DNA of 64,000 bases from Camelus ferus (Eukaryota). A program made the translations under genes and the position numbers. How positions within the stretch are numbered: position 1 is the stretch's first letter; the number at the start of each line of letters is the position of its first letter. Of this stretch, positions 26,251 to 38,676 are shown one piece after another. A model generated the notes under the pieces. That model was not told the origin of the DNA and made no database searches. It worked only from the letters and a program-made list of their open reading frames with translations. The stretch lies in assembly GCF_009834535.1 (NCBI RefSeq), contig NC_045697.1, positions 97,404,001-97,468,000 of the forward strand. The letters are read 5' to 3'.

Positions 26251-28761
26251 CTCTTTGCCTTTTGAATTAATTTTTTTAAGGGAAAGATACGTAATTTTAT
26301 CTTTAATTGGAAATTTTCTCAAGCTGGAGAAATTACTTAGAAATCCTATTTACCTAAAAGTAAAATAACTGAGAAATGTTTCCATTTTTGCCAGTAGAAT
26401 TATCTTGTGTGTTGTTCTTAATGTTTTGAGGATGCATTGATTTTATAAACTGAGGATTAACTGCACTAACTTAATTTTCTCCCTTGATTTTTGCCTCAAA
26501 GTTGATTTTCCCATTTCCTGATAGAACAAATAATGGAAATTTGGTTCTTTATGCATATGACTTCTGAGTGAGGATTTTTTTGAGGGTTATAAAAATAATG
26601 AAACACAAGAAATACAAACTGCTATTAAAAATAATAAGATAAAGTTATTCCTTAATTAAAAGTAGGACTGTATATTTTGTGCCCCAAAAGAAAATTAGAC
26701 CTTAATATAAATCAATTTTTTTCTTTGAAATAACAGCTTAAAAAAAACCAAGAAATACCAAAAGACATATTATAGAAGTTCACTCATAACTAATAGTTTA
26801 TGAGGCATTTTTACTTCTGAATTAGATAATTATGCTAATACTTCTCTCCTCAGTAGTGGCTGGTGTAGCAGGCAGATTGGTGGTGTTGGGGATATCGGTC
26901 TGATAGTTCTGAGCAGATTCCATTCCCATGGATTTGAAAATAGAAAGCAAAAGAGGCAGGAAACAGCCGCGAATGCAATAGTTAAAACTCAGCTTGTCAT
27001 GAAGAGGAGAGGGGGAAGGGTGAAGGGAAAGAAAAAAGCAAGAGAAGACAGACAGGTCATGTAAACCATGAGCCAGGAAGTGAATTCTTTAAAATGATAC
27101 TTGCCAGAAGCTAAATTCTTGTAAATGTGGGTCTTTTAAAAATTTCCTTATGCTATTACTATTGGAATGAGGAATACTTGGGGACCGGATGGGAAAGAGG
27201 TCAGAAGTCTTTTTATGAAGAACACAATTGCTCTGCTTCAGTTTTCACATTAAAAGCTATAAGCCAGTGAAAAACAATTCTCCTTGTCATGAACCACCAT
27301 TTCCAACATTTCTAGAACATTTGTTTTATTTGAGAAACAAATTTTATCCCAAAGCATTGGTTTATACTTTAAAAGTCTGTCTCTAGTTTAGAGTCACAGG
27401 GAGGAGGAGGGAGTGGAGAGGAAGTTGTTAGTCAGAATGGCTGCTGCTTGGGTTGAAGCTGGAGGAATCTAAGAGAATTAATAAGCTCAGTTATCTGAAG
27501 CTGTTTCATATCACAATGTCCAAGAGAAAAAATAATTTTGGGCTAGTAGGCATAAAAAAATCTCTCAATAATTAAAACCTCAAAAGTGCTAATCCAGAGT
27601 TCAGGTTAGCTTCAGTGCATTAAAGATGAAATTGGAAAGTACATATTCATCCCACAGTATGCATACTCAAACATATAACATTGATTTCTTCTCAGTGATG
27701 AAAATCATGCATCAGGCATATAGCTAGGATCATCTTATTGTTAAAAATCAATTAATGAAATAGATGTTTGATTTCTAACAGTATTCTTTTGCCCTAGTTG
27801 TAAGCCAGCCAATCACTAGCACGTAAACCAAGGCAGTACCACCATTAAGGAGCAGCTCGAGTATAATGATGTTAGCAATATTTAAAACTGTAAGTCTTTT
27901 AGAAAAAAAGGGGGGAGGGAATGAGAAATGCCCTTTTTGTATTAGCCTCAATTAAGTCTCACTATAAGAACTTCAGTTAAGGGTGAAAATGCATGCTTAC
28001 AAAACCTGCACAAACTCTTAATGGGACTTTTATCATGCAAAAGTACCTTCATTTTTAAATTCCTTTAGTGTAACTGATTTTACCTATTAGATAAAATGTG
28101 TTTAAATTTCAGGCACTTGACATACAACTATGTCAAATGTACAATGTGGAAATGCCTAGCTGTGTATTCAAGAAGAAAAATACCTGCCCGAGGGATTATA
28201 TCCTTTTAAGAGAAAATGTTTGTTCCTTCCTTTCAAGTTAAGCCTTTAAAAAAGTCTGCTATAAAAATACATAATCAAAGGGAATAAATGCTAGATGAAT
28301 AAAATCATTCAAATACCCAGAGGACATTTTCTTCTTTGCATGGTTAGCAATAAAGTCTAGATTTTCATATTCAGTGGTAGGATCTTTAGAGCTAAATGTC
28401 CCTTTTCCAACCAGTAAATTGCTCAAGAATTTTGGGAACACTTTTTAGTAATCTAAGACTCAAAGAGCTATTATGGTTAATAAATTGCATCCCACCTTGG
28501 CTTTGAGTCATACTGCCCAGAGAGCTTCTAGAAATGAGAATATACAAATAAGTAAAGGTTAAGATACAGAAAATTTTTTTTAATTCAAAACATAACTTTA
28601 TTCATTCTCTTTGAACTATTGTCCGTTAATTTATCATTTCAAAATACATTAATTAATATAACTATATATAATCTTCAATTTCTTCAACTATGGAGTTAGA
28701 CAGAGACAATTTTTACTCTACTATATATATTTAGTAACAGTGCTTTTTTTCAGTAAGACAT

Positions 28762-29216
28762 TGTATGGGAGAACAAATATCTTCTTCCTTCTACCTTTCT
28801 AGGTTCTAGCTTGGTCTCTGTAACAGGAGACCAATTAACAGGAGAAAAGCATACAAACTTATTTAACATACATTGTACATATCAAAGACCTGCAGAAATA
28901 GTTAAACCTGAACATTTGTATGCTGTGGAAAGTTGTGGGAAAATAGGACAAAGGGTATGAGCCTGCTGTAGTAAACTAGGGGGAACTTAGAAGGTCTGTT
29001 GGTTGAGATTCTTCCAAATGTTCCTCATCTTCGGAGATAAGGATACTTCTTTCCTCTGGGTATAGGGAGGGCAGCTCTCACATGAGGAACTAACGCCCTG
29101 CTTCAACGGAGAGGGTCAGAGAGTCTTTCCAGCACTTGCCATTTCTCAATTTCCTTCAGCTTAAAATAATATAAGAAGGTGCCAGATTTGGGGGTAAAGC
29201 GTCCTGAACCCCATCC
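28762..29216 (-). mobile_element. Solo LTR, MER34/MER39-like (ERV1), with 4-bp TSD
   Basis: Reverse complement begins gatggggttcaggacgctttacccccaaatctggcacc...attttaagctgaaggaa; flanked by ACAT (28758-28761 and 29217-29220). Confidence 0.85.
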
Positions 29217-29940
29217 ACATCCCATTGGAGATGCCTAGAGTGTGAATTCCAGAAAATGAAAGTTAATTAGACAAGTAGTAACGTTGATCTTATTAACAGA
29301 TCTGAGTATTTGTTAGAGAAAGTGAAACCTCGGTAATTTCATCAGAAGGCAAAACAGAGATAGTATTACCTTAATTGGGTTCAAGCAACAGCGAAGGAAA
29401 AAAATCTCAGTGGATATCCTTCATGAGAGATCTGGATGGTGAAAGAGGCATTAGACTCAGGCACTGTACCAAATAGACTGAACGTTGTTTACATTTGAAA
29501 CAGGAATGATGTTATTCAAATATGTTAGTGGGCATAACGTAATACCCATGTGAAAGTAAGTGTTTCCCCAATATTCTCTGGGGTGTCTGCCTCACCTGAA
29601 TATCTCTACAGTTGGTATAAAAATAGTCTGCCAGTGGTCAAAGCAGACTGAAAAATAGCAGTCTTGACTACTCCGGCTCATTTTTCAAATTACCTTTGTG
29701 CACCAGGGAATGAAGCTTGCTTTTAACTCCATGACTATACAACAAACATAGTCCTCATGGAAAACATGTGGAGGAGGTCATATTTCCTCATCACAGCCTG
29801 TGTCAGTCCTCTTAGAAAAACAGAAGAAAATGAATGCAATTATTTCACCTCAGTTAATTTGTGAGTTTCCCCAATAAGACTTGAGTTTCAAATTATATTT
29901 TTGTGAAGAATGAATTTGTCAACACATTGAAAGTTGGAGC

Positions 29941-29992
29941 TGTGTGTGTGTGTGTGTGTGTGCACGTGCACACGCACGTGAGAGAGAGAGAG
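29941..29992. repeat. Compound (TG)11 / (GA)n microsatellite
   Basis: tgtgtg... then cacgtgcacacgcacgtg then agagagag. Confidence 0.9.
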
Positions 29993-30464
29993 GGAAGCAT
30001 GGTGGAGTGTGGGAATCCCTGTCTCTCAGTAAGTAGCACAAATGGGTTCATTTTCCGTTTTAGATAAATTAGAAAGTGAAATATACAGTTTGAAAAAAGG
30101 CCCTTTGAAACTGGATCCATTCTTGGAAAAGTTGGGAAAAAAATTTTATTGACTGAAAGTTTATACTCAAACTGTTCTGCACCTCAGCTAAGCAAATTAT
30201 GACCCAGAAAGAGAAATGTCTGAGTCTCTAACTGAAGATATCTTAACATGTTGATTTTTATTTCCTTTCTAACAGCTTTTTTTCTTCTATTTTTTTCTTT
30301 CTGTAGTTTCACTTTCTATGACTACTCACTTTCACTGTCTGTTATATGACAAGCACCATGCTAAACCTTGTTTGGTAAAGAATGCTAAAATGGAAACCTT
30401 GGTCTAAAGGAATTTATACCCTACTTGGATAAATAAATAAACTTACATGAAGAAAATAAATTAA

Positions 30465-30680
30465 TAATTATTGAGCACCTGTTATATTTCAATCACATAT
30501 TCATATAAACTATATAATTTATGCACTGTAAAAATCCTCTGAGGTAAATGCTATTAAGATGCCTGTGTTGAACATAAGGATAATTAATTTAAAAGAGGCC
30601 CAAAGTCCTACTAGTAATGAATGCCAGACCTAGGGTTTGAGGTAGAGGATGCTATCTCTGAGCCATAATTCTTTGTTGTG
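30465..30680 (-). mobile_element. MIR SINE
   Basis: attattgagcacctgttata...aaatcctctgaggtaaatgctatta...cccaaagtcctactagtaatg..tgccagacctagggtttga. Confidence 0.65.
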
Positions 30681-31299
30681 CACCAACCCTCTCTTCTCTA
30701 CTACTTTTGTCTCCATATAACTTCTTTGCTGTATTTCTCACTTTTTACTCATTCATTCCTTCATGAAGGGTGCACTCAAGAGCTGCAGAGGACCTAATTG
30801 TAATGACTCCAGTGACAGCTGAGAAATAAGAGAGGCAGATTTTTCATACAAACACAAAGCAGGCAGACAGAGTTCTGTGGGTCAAGATGAGGTTGAGAGG
30901 GTATTTCCTTCAAATAAATTGTATAATAACATGATATCCTCACTAGAAAAGCCTTTTTTGTCTTTTAAGGCTTGGCTCCAATGGCCTTTCTTTGGATTAC
31001 AATTAACAATAGGTGAAATTAAAGATGGTCATAGCTCAGACCCTTAATGTTATATATCAGTTTATTGTTGCATGGTTTTTTAGACAGCACATTATGTGAG
31101 AATATACTGATTGAAATGAATATTTGGTAAGCCAAAAAGTCCAGAACGTCTTGTGAGAGGACAGTACACAGAAAGAAAACAAGAGCTCCAAATTTAAGTC
31201 CTCTAATGTACTGGTAGTGTCCAATTTTCTAGATGACAGCTTTTGTCAATATGAAATAGGTTTGTGTCATCTAGTCCTGTTTGATATTAGGCTTATCAT

Positions 31300-31540
31300 A
31301 ATGGGATTACTTAGACTTGAAATCACAAGATATGAGTTCAATTCTGGATCTCTTTTTATATTAGGTGTGTGATTTGAGACAAGATATATTAATCACTGTT
31401 GATCTCAATTTCAGTGGCTGAAAAACGGGGAATCAGCATGAACTTTATATATATAATATATATATGCAATATATGTCATAAAAGTAACACAAATATTAAA
31501 TGAGGGAAAGTTAGTGAAAATGCCTAGTTTAATATCTTGT
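31300..31540 (+). mobile_element. MIR SINE
   Basis: tagacttgaaatcacaagatatgagttcaattctggatct...gtgtgatttgagacaag...ctcaatttc...attaaatgag. Confidence 0.65.
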
Positions 31541-31992
31541 ACAGAGCTTTGTAGATGTCATATGACACTGGGGATGGTTTGCTCAGTCAGAAGACCTTGG
31601 ACTTAGCACATCTGCCATCTTTGACATATATTACTGATCATTTGCCAGAATAGACAAGGCTGCTTAGACAGTTTATGTACAGTGAGCTAAAGGGAAACCA
31701 CCGCAAGAAGGAAGAGAGGAGGACAATGTAAAATTTGGTACCCTACTGCTTCAAATAATGTGGTAGGGCTTAAAGTGCTGAAAAACAGCCGCAGCACTTA
31801 GGATAGTTCCACAGCAGATAAGAAAAGTGGATACATTCGGCAAAATCGAGATGATAACTATAAGCATAAAGAGCAGACATGCCTAAAAAAAATCTAGGAT
31901 GCGGTCTCTAATCTGAAGTCAGCATCACTATTCTTACCGGTAATATTTTCCATCACTTCATAAATTCATTACCTATCTGCTGCTTGGCAATG

Positions 31993-32362
31993 TGTTGTGG
32001 ACCTAATGTAATGTGTCCCCCAAATTGATATTTTGCAGACCTAACCTACAATGTGATAGTATTTGGAGGTGGAGCTTTGAGAGTATTCAGATTTAGATGA
32101 GATCATTAGGGTGGGGCCCCATGATGAGGTTAATGCCCTTATAAGAAGAGGAAGACATCAGAGCTGTCTCTCTCCCTCTGCTATATGAGAACACAGGGAG
32201 AAGACTATCGTCTGCAAGCCAAGAAAAGGGTCCTCACAAAGAACTGAATGTGCAGGCACCTCTGGGACTTCCCAGCCTCCAGAACTGTGAGAAATGAATG
32301 TCTGTTGTCTAACCCACCCAGTCTGTGGTGTCTGGTTATAGCAAACTGAGCTGACAAAAATA
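31993..32362 (+). mobile_element. MaLR LTR, MLT1A/MLT1A0-like, near full length
   Basis: tgttgtggacctaatg..tgtgtcccccaaatt...gtatttggaggtggagc...cccatgatg...ccttataagaagag...ggacttcccagcctccagaactgtgagaaat...ttatagca..ctgagctgac. Confidence 0.9.
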
Positions 32363-32811
32363 CAACAAAAGCACTCTTTTAACAACCATACCCTCCCTCA
32401 GTTTCTCATGAACTGAAGCTCCCCGAAGTTTCTGAATTCAACAACAAATTCATGCTGATTCCCAGAAATAGGTTACCTTCATTTTTGAAAAATTAAAGAA
32501 ATCAAATTGTGAATATTAGATAAGCCTTAGATTGAGCCCAGGAAATTCTCTACATGCTATCAGGTAGAGATTCTATATATTTTAAGATTCATTTGAGAAG
32601 AAACATAATGATAATCAAGGTGCCAGGTGTCCCTATCATTAATCAAGATTTCTGTTTTTTTTTTAATTGCTCCAGTTAAAACTATAAAGAGCATGTTATG
32701 TAAAATTAAATTGAAATATCATGAACTTCTAAATTTTAAAAGGAGAAACATGATTAAAAATGATTTCCATACCTCTTTTGTATATCATTTCATATATTAT
32801 TAGATAAACAC

Positions 32812-33030
32812 TGACAATACATGCACTGTTGTGAGTACTTTCTATGCGTCAGACCGTGTCTTAGAGGCACCTGTTAGCATCATCACTGCAGTGGTTTGAG
32901 GTAGCTATCGTTCATATATACCAGATGAGGACAAGCTTAGAGTAATTAAGTCTTGACTAAGCTAACTAGACATTTGAGCTGGGGTATTAACCAGTGCTGC
33001 TGACTCCAGCACCCAGGCTCTTCCACATAA
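32812..33030 (-). mobile_element. MIR SINE
   Basis: gagtactttctatgcgtcagaccgtgtctta...gaggtagctatcgtt...cagatgaggacaagcttagagt...ctgactccagcacccaggctctt. Confidence 0.75.
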
Positions 33031-33744
33031 AAGTAACCTCTGGTGATTTTGTTTGGATATATGAATTCAAATGACCTTCTTTCCATGTTTTGAATACCTT
33101 TTCACTAGACAACCTGTCCTCAGCAAGTTCTTGCAACACACAGTAGCAGCAGTAGAAGGAAAATGAGGACAAGTAATAGACTGATTAGAACCTTTGTCTA
33201 CTTCCAAACAGAGGAATATTTTCTTCTCACCGTTTACTAAATTTACAGAATATATCTAGTGTTTTGGTTATAATCGCAATGCATATTTTTTCTAAGTTTT
33301 TCATTTAATTTATCTGTTTCAAGGGATAATATTTAGGCTAATTGAGGTTACTACTTTCATTTTTCTAACTTTCAGTTACTTTTCTGTGTATAGAATATTA
33401 CTCTTAACTTCCCTTTTATTGCTGTTTTTCCTTTTATCTTAAAGTCTGTTTAGTTTGGGGAACTGAAGAGTAAGTCCTGGAATCTAACGTAGATCAATTC
33501 TTCATTTTTTGGAAATGGGTGAGAAAAAAGATTAGCAAGTGTAGAATGTATTTTGGTGAATCATATATATTTAAGTAGAAAAAAAATGAAGCCTTTTTTT
33601 TTAATCTATTTCTGATAGTAACTAGACACAGTAACTATAATTTAGGCTTCACAAGAAGACACATCTTATATATTTTCAATGACTCCAGTGCCGCATGCTG
33701 CTATTCTCACAGGAAGAAAATTTCTTTTGGAAGTTAGAAAGTGA

Positions 33745-34414
33745 AAAGTGCTATGGCAAAGATATAACAAGGAAGGGGGATGATGTGTGCTGGGAGGAGG
33801 GTTAACATGTTAAATGGAGAGTCAGGGAAGGTCTCATCGAAAAGATGACATGTAAGCAAAAACTTAAAGGAAGTGAGGGAATCTGGGGAAAGAGCATTCT
33901 AGACTGACAGAACAGCAGGTGCAAAGGCAAGAATGTGATGGGTGCACTTGCAGACAGGAAGGAAGGTGGTATGACTGAGACAAGGTTAGAGAGGTAACGG
34001 GTAGGCAGATTGCTCACAGGTTTTTATACACAGAAGGACAAGACATAACATAAGAAAGTATTACCAGGAGTGCCCTGGCTGCTCTATTGAGAATATAGTA
34101 TAAGAACAAGAATAAAACTGGAAAGGCAAATAAGGAGATATTGCAAAAATTCAGTGAAGAAAAACACTGGTGGCTTGGACCAAAATGGTAGCCGTGGAAT
34201 TGGTGAGAAGTGTTTGGATTCTGGATATTTTTTGAAGACAGAGTCAACAAGGATTGCTGATGTTCTGGATGTGTGCTGTGAGAGAAAGAGAGGAGACGGT
34301 GATGTCAAGCATTTTGATCTGAAGGACTAGCGGGATAGAGTGATCGTTAACCGAGACTGGGAAGCCCACAGGAGAAGTAGGCTTAGTGGGTACCGATCAG
34401 GAATTTAGTTTCGG
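33745..34414 (-). mobile_element. L2 LINE, left part (interrupted by retrocopy)
   Basis: gtcagggaaggtctc...gaaagagcattctagactgacagaacagcaggtgcaaaggc...tggtggcttggacc...ggattctggatatttt.tgaagacagag...gatcaggaatttagtttcggg. Confidence 0.85.
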
Positions 34415-34421
34415 GCACATT

Positions 34422-34846
34422 TTTATTTTTCACATTTCTCTTTATTAACCTTTATCCATTAGAGGTGGCCCAAGGCTCAGCCTATGAGATCTTTTGCCTC
34501 CGACTTCCCCAGACCCCACCCTCCGACATTGCACACAGAAACCATGTACCATTGACAATCACAGCAACACTGAAGGAGGGAGATGGAGTCCAATATGGCC
34601 ATCGCTTTATGTTTGTGCTTAAGACCAGCACTACTGAGGTGCTGGCTTCTGGCTTTACACCCATGCCAAAGCAAGGCTGCTTTTTTCCTCTTTCTTTAAA
34701 AATAAAAATTCAAATGAATAGAAACAGTGGCTATGATGTGGCCAAAATGCTCTATCTGGAAAGCACACCTCTAGGTGATCTTCCTACGCTTTGACTGACG
34801 GTCCAAGGTCTGGGCTGGAGGCAGCGGAATGGAGAGAGTGCCCAGT
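34422..34846 (-). pseudogene. POLR1E: 5'-truncated processed pseudogene, probably of RNA polymerase I subunit E (PAF53): last 24 codons + 3'UTR + poly(A)
   Basis: Minus-strand 34845-34771 translates LGTLSIPLPPAQTLDRQSKRRKIT*, matching my recollection of the mammalian POLR1E C-terminus (LGTLSLPLPPAQTSDRLAKRRKIT); AATAAA at 34446-34441, A-tail remnant 34430-34422, TSD gcacatt at 34415-34421 and 34847-34853. Confidence 0.78.
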
Positions 34847-34853
34847 GCACATT

Positions 34854-35155
34854 CAGTTTGAGATGCCTATCAGCCAAACACAAGAGTATGCCGAGATGGC
34901 AGCTAGAAATGTGCAGGTAGAGTTCAGGAGGTGTGAATATGGGTGCTGTCATCATGTGGATGGTGTTTAAAGGCATGAGATTAGATACGATCCCCAAGTG
35001 AGTAAGTGCAGATGGAGATGAAAACAAATCCAAAGTCTGAGCAACTGGCTCACTCCAACTTTAAGAGACAGAGAGGTTAGGAAACATCAGCCATGCATAC
35101 CGAGAGGGAGCTGTCAGAGTCCAGGAGTGCAGCTAGCAGCGTGTGGTGTGCTGGG
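34854..35155 (-). mobile_element. L2 LINE, right part
   Basis: Resumes the L2 after the insert: cagtttgagatgcctat...ggcagctagaaat...gtcatcatgtggatggtgtttaaaggcatgagattagat...cactccaactttaagag. Confidence 0.85.
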
Positions 35156-38100
35156 CTTCAGGTCAAAGGCGGAACTTCAAGGGGCCTTTATTCTTTATGA
35201 TAGGTTGAATAATTATATCTGAAATAAGTACTTGATAACTTATATCACCTTGTAATTTTTGGATATTCATATATGCCTTCACGTGTGAAACACTAATTTT
35301 CACACCACATTATTTTATCAAACATTATAAGGTCAGAATTGAATATGACATACTGGCCAGCTGCACTACTCACTGTACTACTTACTCATTGAAGAAATGA
35401 TCAAAATTATCAAGGTATTCTTACAGCAGAAAGGTATACTTCTGCCCCTTCTGACGCATGAAACATAATAAATACGGCAGTACTTTGTATTAGGTAGAAA
35501 GTAAGTGGCGGGAAAATCAAATGTTTCACCCTAATTAGCATAAACTTTTTTTGAAAGTGCCGAGATATATTAGCATTATGTATTCTAGCCACTTTGACTT
35601 TAAAATTTAAAAATATTTATATGCAAGCCTATAAATTAGGAATGTTCATGTGCTTTCACAATAAAAGTAGGAATAGTGTCTCAACAGGATTGGCCATCGA
35701 CTCCTGAAAAATTAGGCTCCCTAGATGCCCCCAAAATACAATTGGGTGTTCATAGAACTATTGAAGAGTACATCTCCAGACTTAGGGGAAAAATATACGG
35801 ACATTACAATTTTCCTGTGAAGAGGGTGGCTCTACAAAACATTAAAAATTATCTCAGAGCAGGAATGTGAGAATATGCATAAAAACACAGCATGTGTGGT
35901 TTTGTTAACCATATCATTATGACAAAATAAAATAATGTAAGCCCTGATCATGAGAAAGAATAGAAATAATTTTAAAACTGATAACAAAAGATAAACCACT
36001 GCAGTGGACATTTTCTGTTTTAAATTCCATATTTGGAGAATAAGCAGAGCCTGCCTCTCCCAGGAAAATGCCTGCTTGCTTATCTGTGAGAAGTTTCATA
36101 TTCCAAGAACATCCTCACCCCATGCTCCCTCGGTGTCACCCCGTACCCTCTCACTTCTCAGCCCCACCTTGCCTGCCTGCCCCTTGAACACTGGACATAA
36201 ATCAGCTTCATCTGCCGGCTCTTGATTTTCTTTCTTCCCATCCTCTTTCAGCCGTTTGCTCTCCCTGTCTGTCTTTGTGCTTCGGTCTCCACTGCACCAT
36301 ATGGCAGCTGAGAGCAGGGAGGGCGATGATCTGGCTCCAAACAAAAGAGGCTGTGGTGTTGGAGGGCCCATGAATGCATGGGACACGGCCATGTATAGAA
36401 GGGCCTCCAGCCCCGTCGGTGGTCGGTGAGGACCAAAGGGAAGCTGACAGGGCTGGCTCTGTATAGACAGAGAAAGAGGGAGCTCCCTGGGCCTCAGATT
36501 GAAATTCTTTCTCTTAGTGTGCCCCTTTCCCACTCTCCTTCCCTCTATTTTTTTTAAATTCTGTGCCCAAATCATATTTGTTTATTAATGACAAAGTCAG
36601 AGTGTGTGGCAGAACAAGAAATTAAAGAATTGAAGCAAGCCATCTTCTTTACACACTTTAAAATATCTCCAGAGAGCATATAAAACATCACACACGTGTT
36701 GAAATGTGGAAGGGAAAAAAGATACATTTCCAGAAGACCATATCCTTTTTTCCCTTTCTCCTAAAGAATTATTCTCCACACCTATATAAATTAGGGAACT
36801 CATGAAAGAACAATATCTGGATAATATGAGAGGATACAGGCATTAAGGAGAGACTTCTGATTATAATAAGTTAACTGTAGTTTCTAAGATTCTGCCTTTT
36901 TTTTGTTGTTATCATTTAGTATGTCATTTATGAAAAGAGACACATTCTCAGTGTGTCCCTTCTTCTTGATTTCTTGTTCTTGAACTTGCATCCCTCTCCT
37001 GTGCCCAGATATGCATGATTTGTTTCAGTGGAGAATTTTCTGCAAAGCAGACACAACATTTTTATTAGTGAAGTTAACACCACGCTAGAAGAATAGTAAA
37101 TTCAAGCTGTAAATCCACCAGCTTTCAGGAGACTCATTTATTCTGTTCCATATGAAATAAAAATCTACTACAGGGAAAGAGTTGAAGATGACCATATACA
37201 TTTATGAAGGAACATTTTATGCTTTATGGCTGTAGGCTACTACCGGCCTTGGAGGCTGGTGTTGATTTTATCTGATGAAAATAGGAGTATAATAAAAGTC
37301 ACCCCCCTCACCTCTCTCAACTGCTGTCCACCTACCCAACCTTGGACAAGGCATCCCGAATCAAGGAACGCCAGGCCCCTCAGGTTATTTAAAGGAACAG
37401 GGGCAGGCTTCCACATTCTGGTGTCTGACCTTCTTTCATAAGTAGGCAACAGTGCAGTTCCTCATGAAATAAATCAGCGAACGTGTGTAGAGCACTTCAT
37501 CAGTGCCACGTACTGTTCCCCCGGAATCTTTAAGAATAGAGTGAAGGTTATGTTGCTCATTTCAACACATTGTCTCCCCTCCTAACAGAGCTCCTTTTCA
37601 GAAATAGTTTTACCATGAACATACCTTCTCTCTTTTAGCGCTTAAATCACTTAATGTCTGTCAATAATAAGTGCAACTTTTAGAAACTCATAGATAGCGT
37701 ATTCCTTTGTTCCATGCGGTCTGAGATGGATGGTTATCTGTCAGCAGATTAAAAAGCAAAATTACATTGGCTTTTCAGTTATGTTCTTCATAAATTCTCT
37801 TTCACAGTTACCATAAAAGTTGGGCCTTATGTGAAACATTAATTAAAATAAACATTCATTCCAATAAACAGAGCCGAGAGCTGAGAGTGCCTGTGTTTAG
37901 CAAAGATCAGGTTCTGTATGTTTCCACGGGCGGTGAGAGTTATGCGGTCCATCATCTGCCAGGAAGATTTGTATAGAGAGGACCCTCTGTGGTACAAACA
38001 GAAAGCAAGCAACAAAGCCACCATTCAACCTTTTCTCTTCACTGCAGCCACATCTGTTTACATGGCCTCTGTTCCATCCTGAGAGGTTTTGTCCTGCCGC

Positions 38101-38539
38101 CTCCATTTCATTTTACACAGCTCTCAGGGCCTGGTGGTTTGGAAGATTTTTCCCTCCTTTAAGTCTCCTTTAGAGATTCTGATCTATTCTGTGAAACAGA
38201 AATCTGAAAAACAGGCTTTCAGATAGCAGTTGGTCCTTTTTCTACTCTATCTAGTTGGAGTTTTAATGAAGGATAACTATAAACTCCAAGTCTCTCATTA
38301 ATTTTTTAAGTAAATTTAATGCACAAGATACTTTTCTTTAGCAGGCTAGGAGGCTGTATTTTTTTCCCAGTTGCTTTTTACTAAATCACAGTTTGCTTTC
38401 TTCTGTTTGACACAATTGATTAAAAAAAAACCTCTTTCCAAGGGAAATTGTAAGAAATGAACATGCTATATAGAAATCAAATATTACAGAATTCTCACTA
38501 CATGAATACTTTATAATAAAAGGTTATATTTTTATGACA

Positions 38540-38676
38540 CTTTTTTACAAAGTGATTTTACCCATGTTAGTTTATTGGATCCTCAAAAAAAGCTGAAGAA
38601 GGTAGGGCTGATACCATTATCACCGTTTTACAAAAGAAAAACTGTTAAACTCACAAAAATAGTGGAGGATTACCTC
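38540..38676 (-). mobile_element. MIR SINE fragment (host of the ERV insertion)
   Basis: ttggatcctcaaaaaaagctgaagaaggtagg...attatcaccgttttacaaaagaaaaactg. Confidence 0.65.

Noticed and set aside
34465..34794. 109-aa + strand ORF and overlapping minus-strand ORFs
   Set aside because: They lie antisense to or within the retrocopy 3'UTR; the only meaningful frame is the 24-codon minus-strand one.
36096..36575. Longest ORF in the track (159 aa)
   Set aside because: No recognisable domain or splice context; explained by locally higher GC content.
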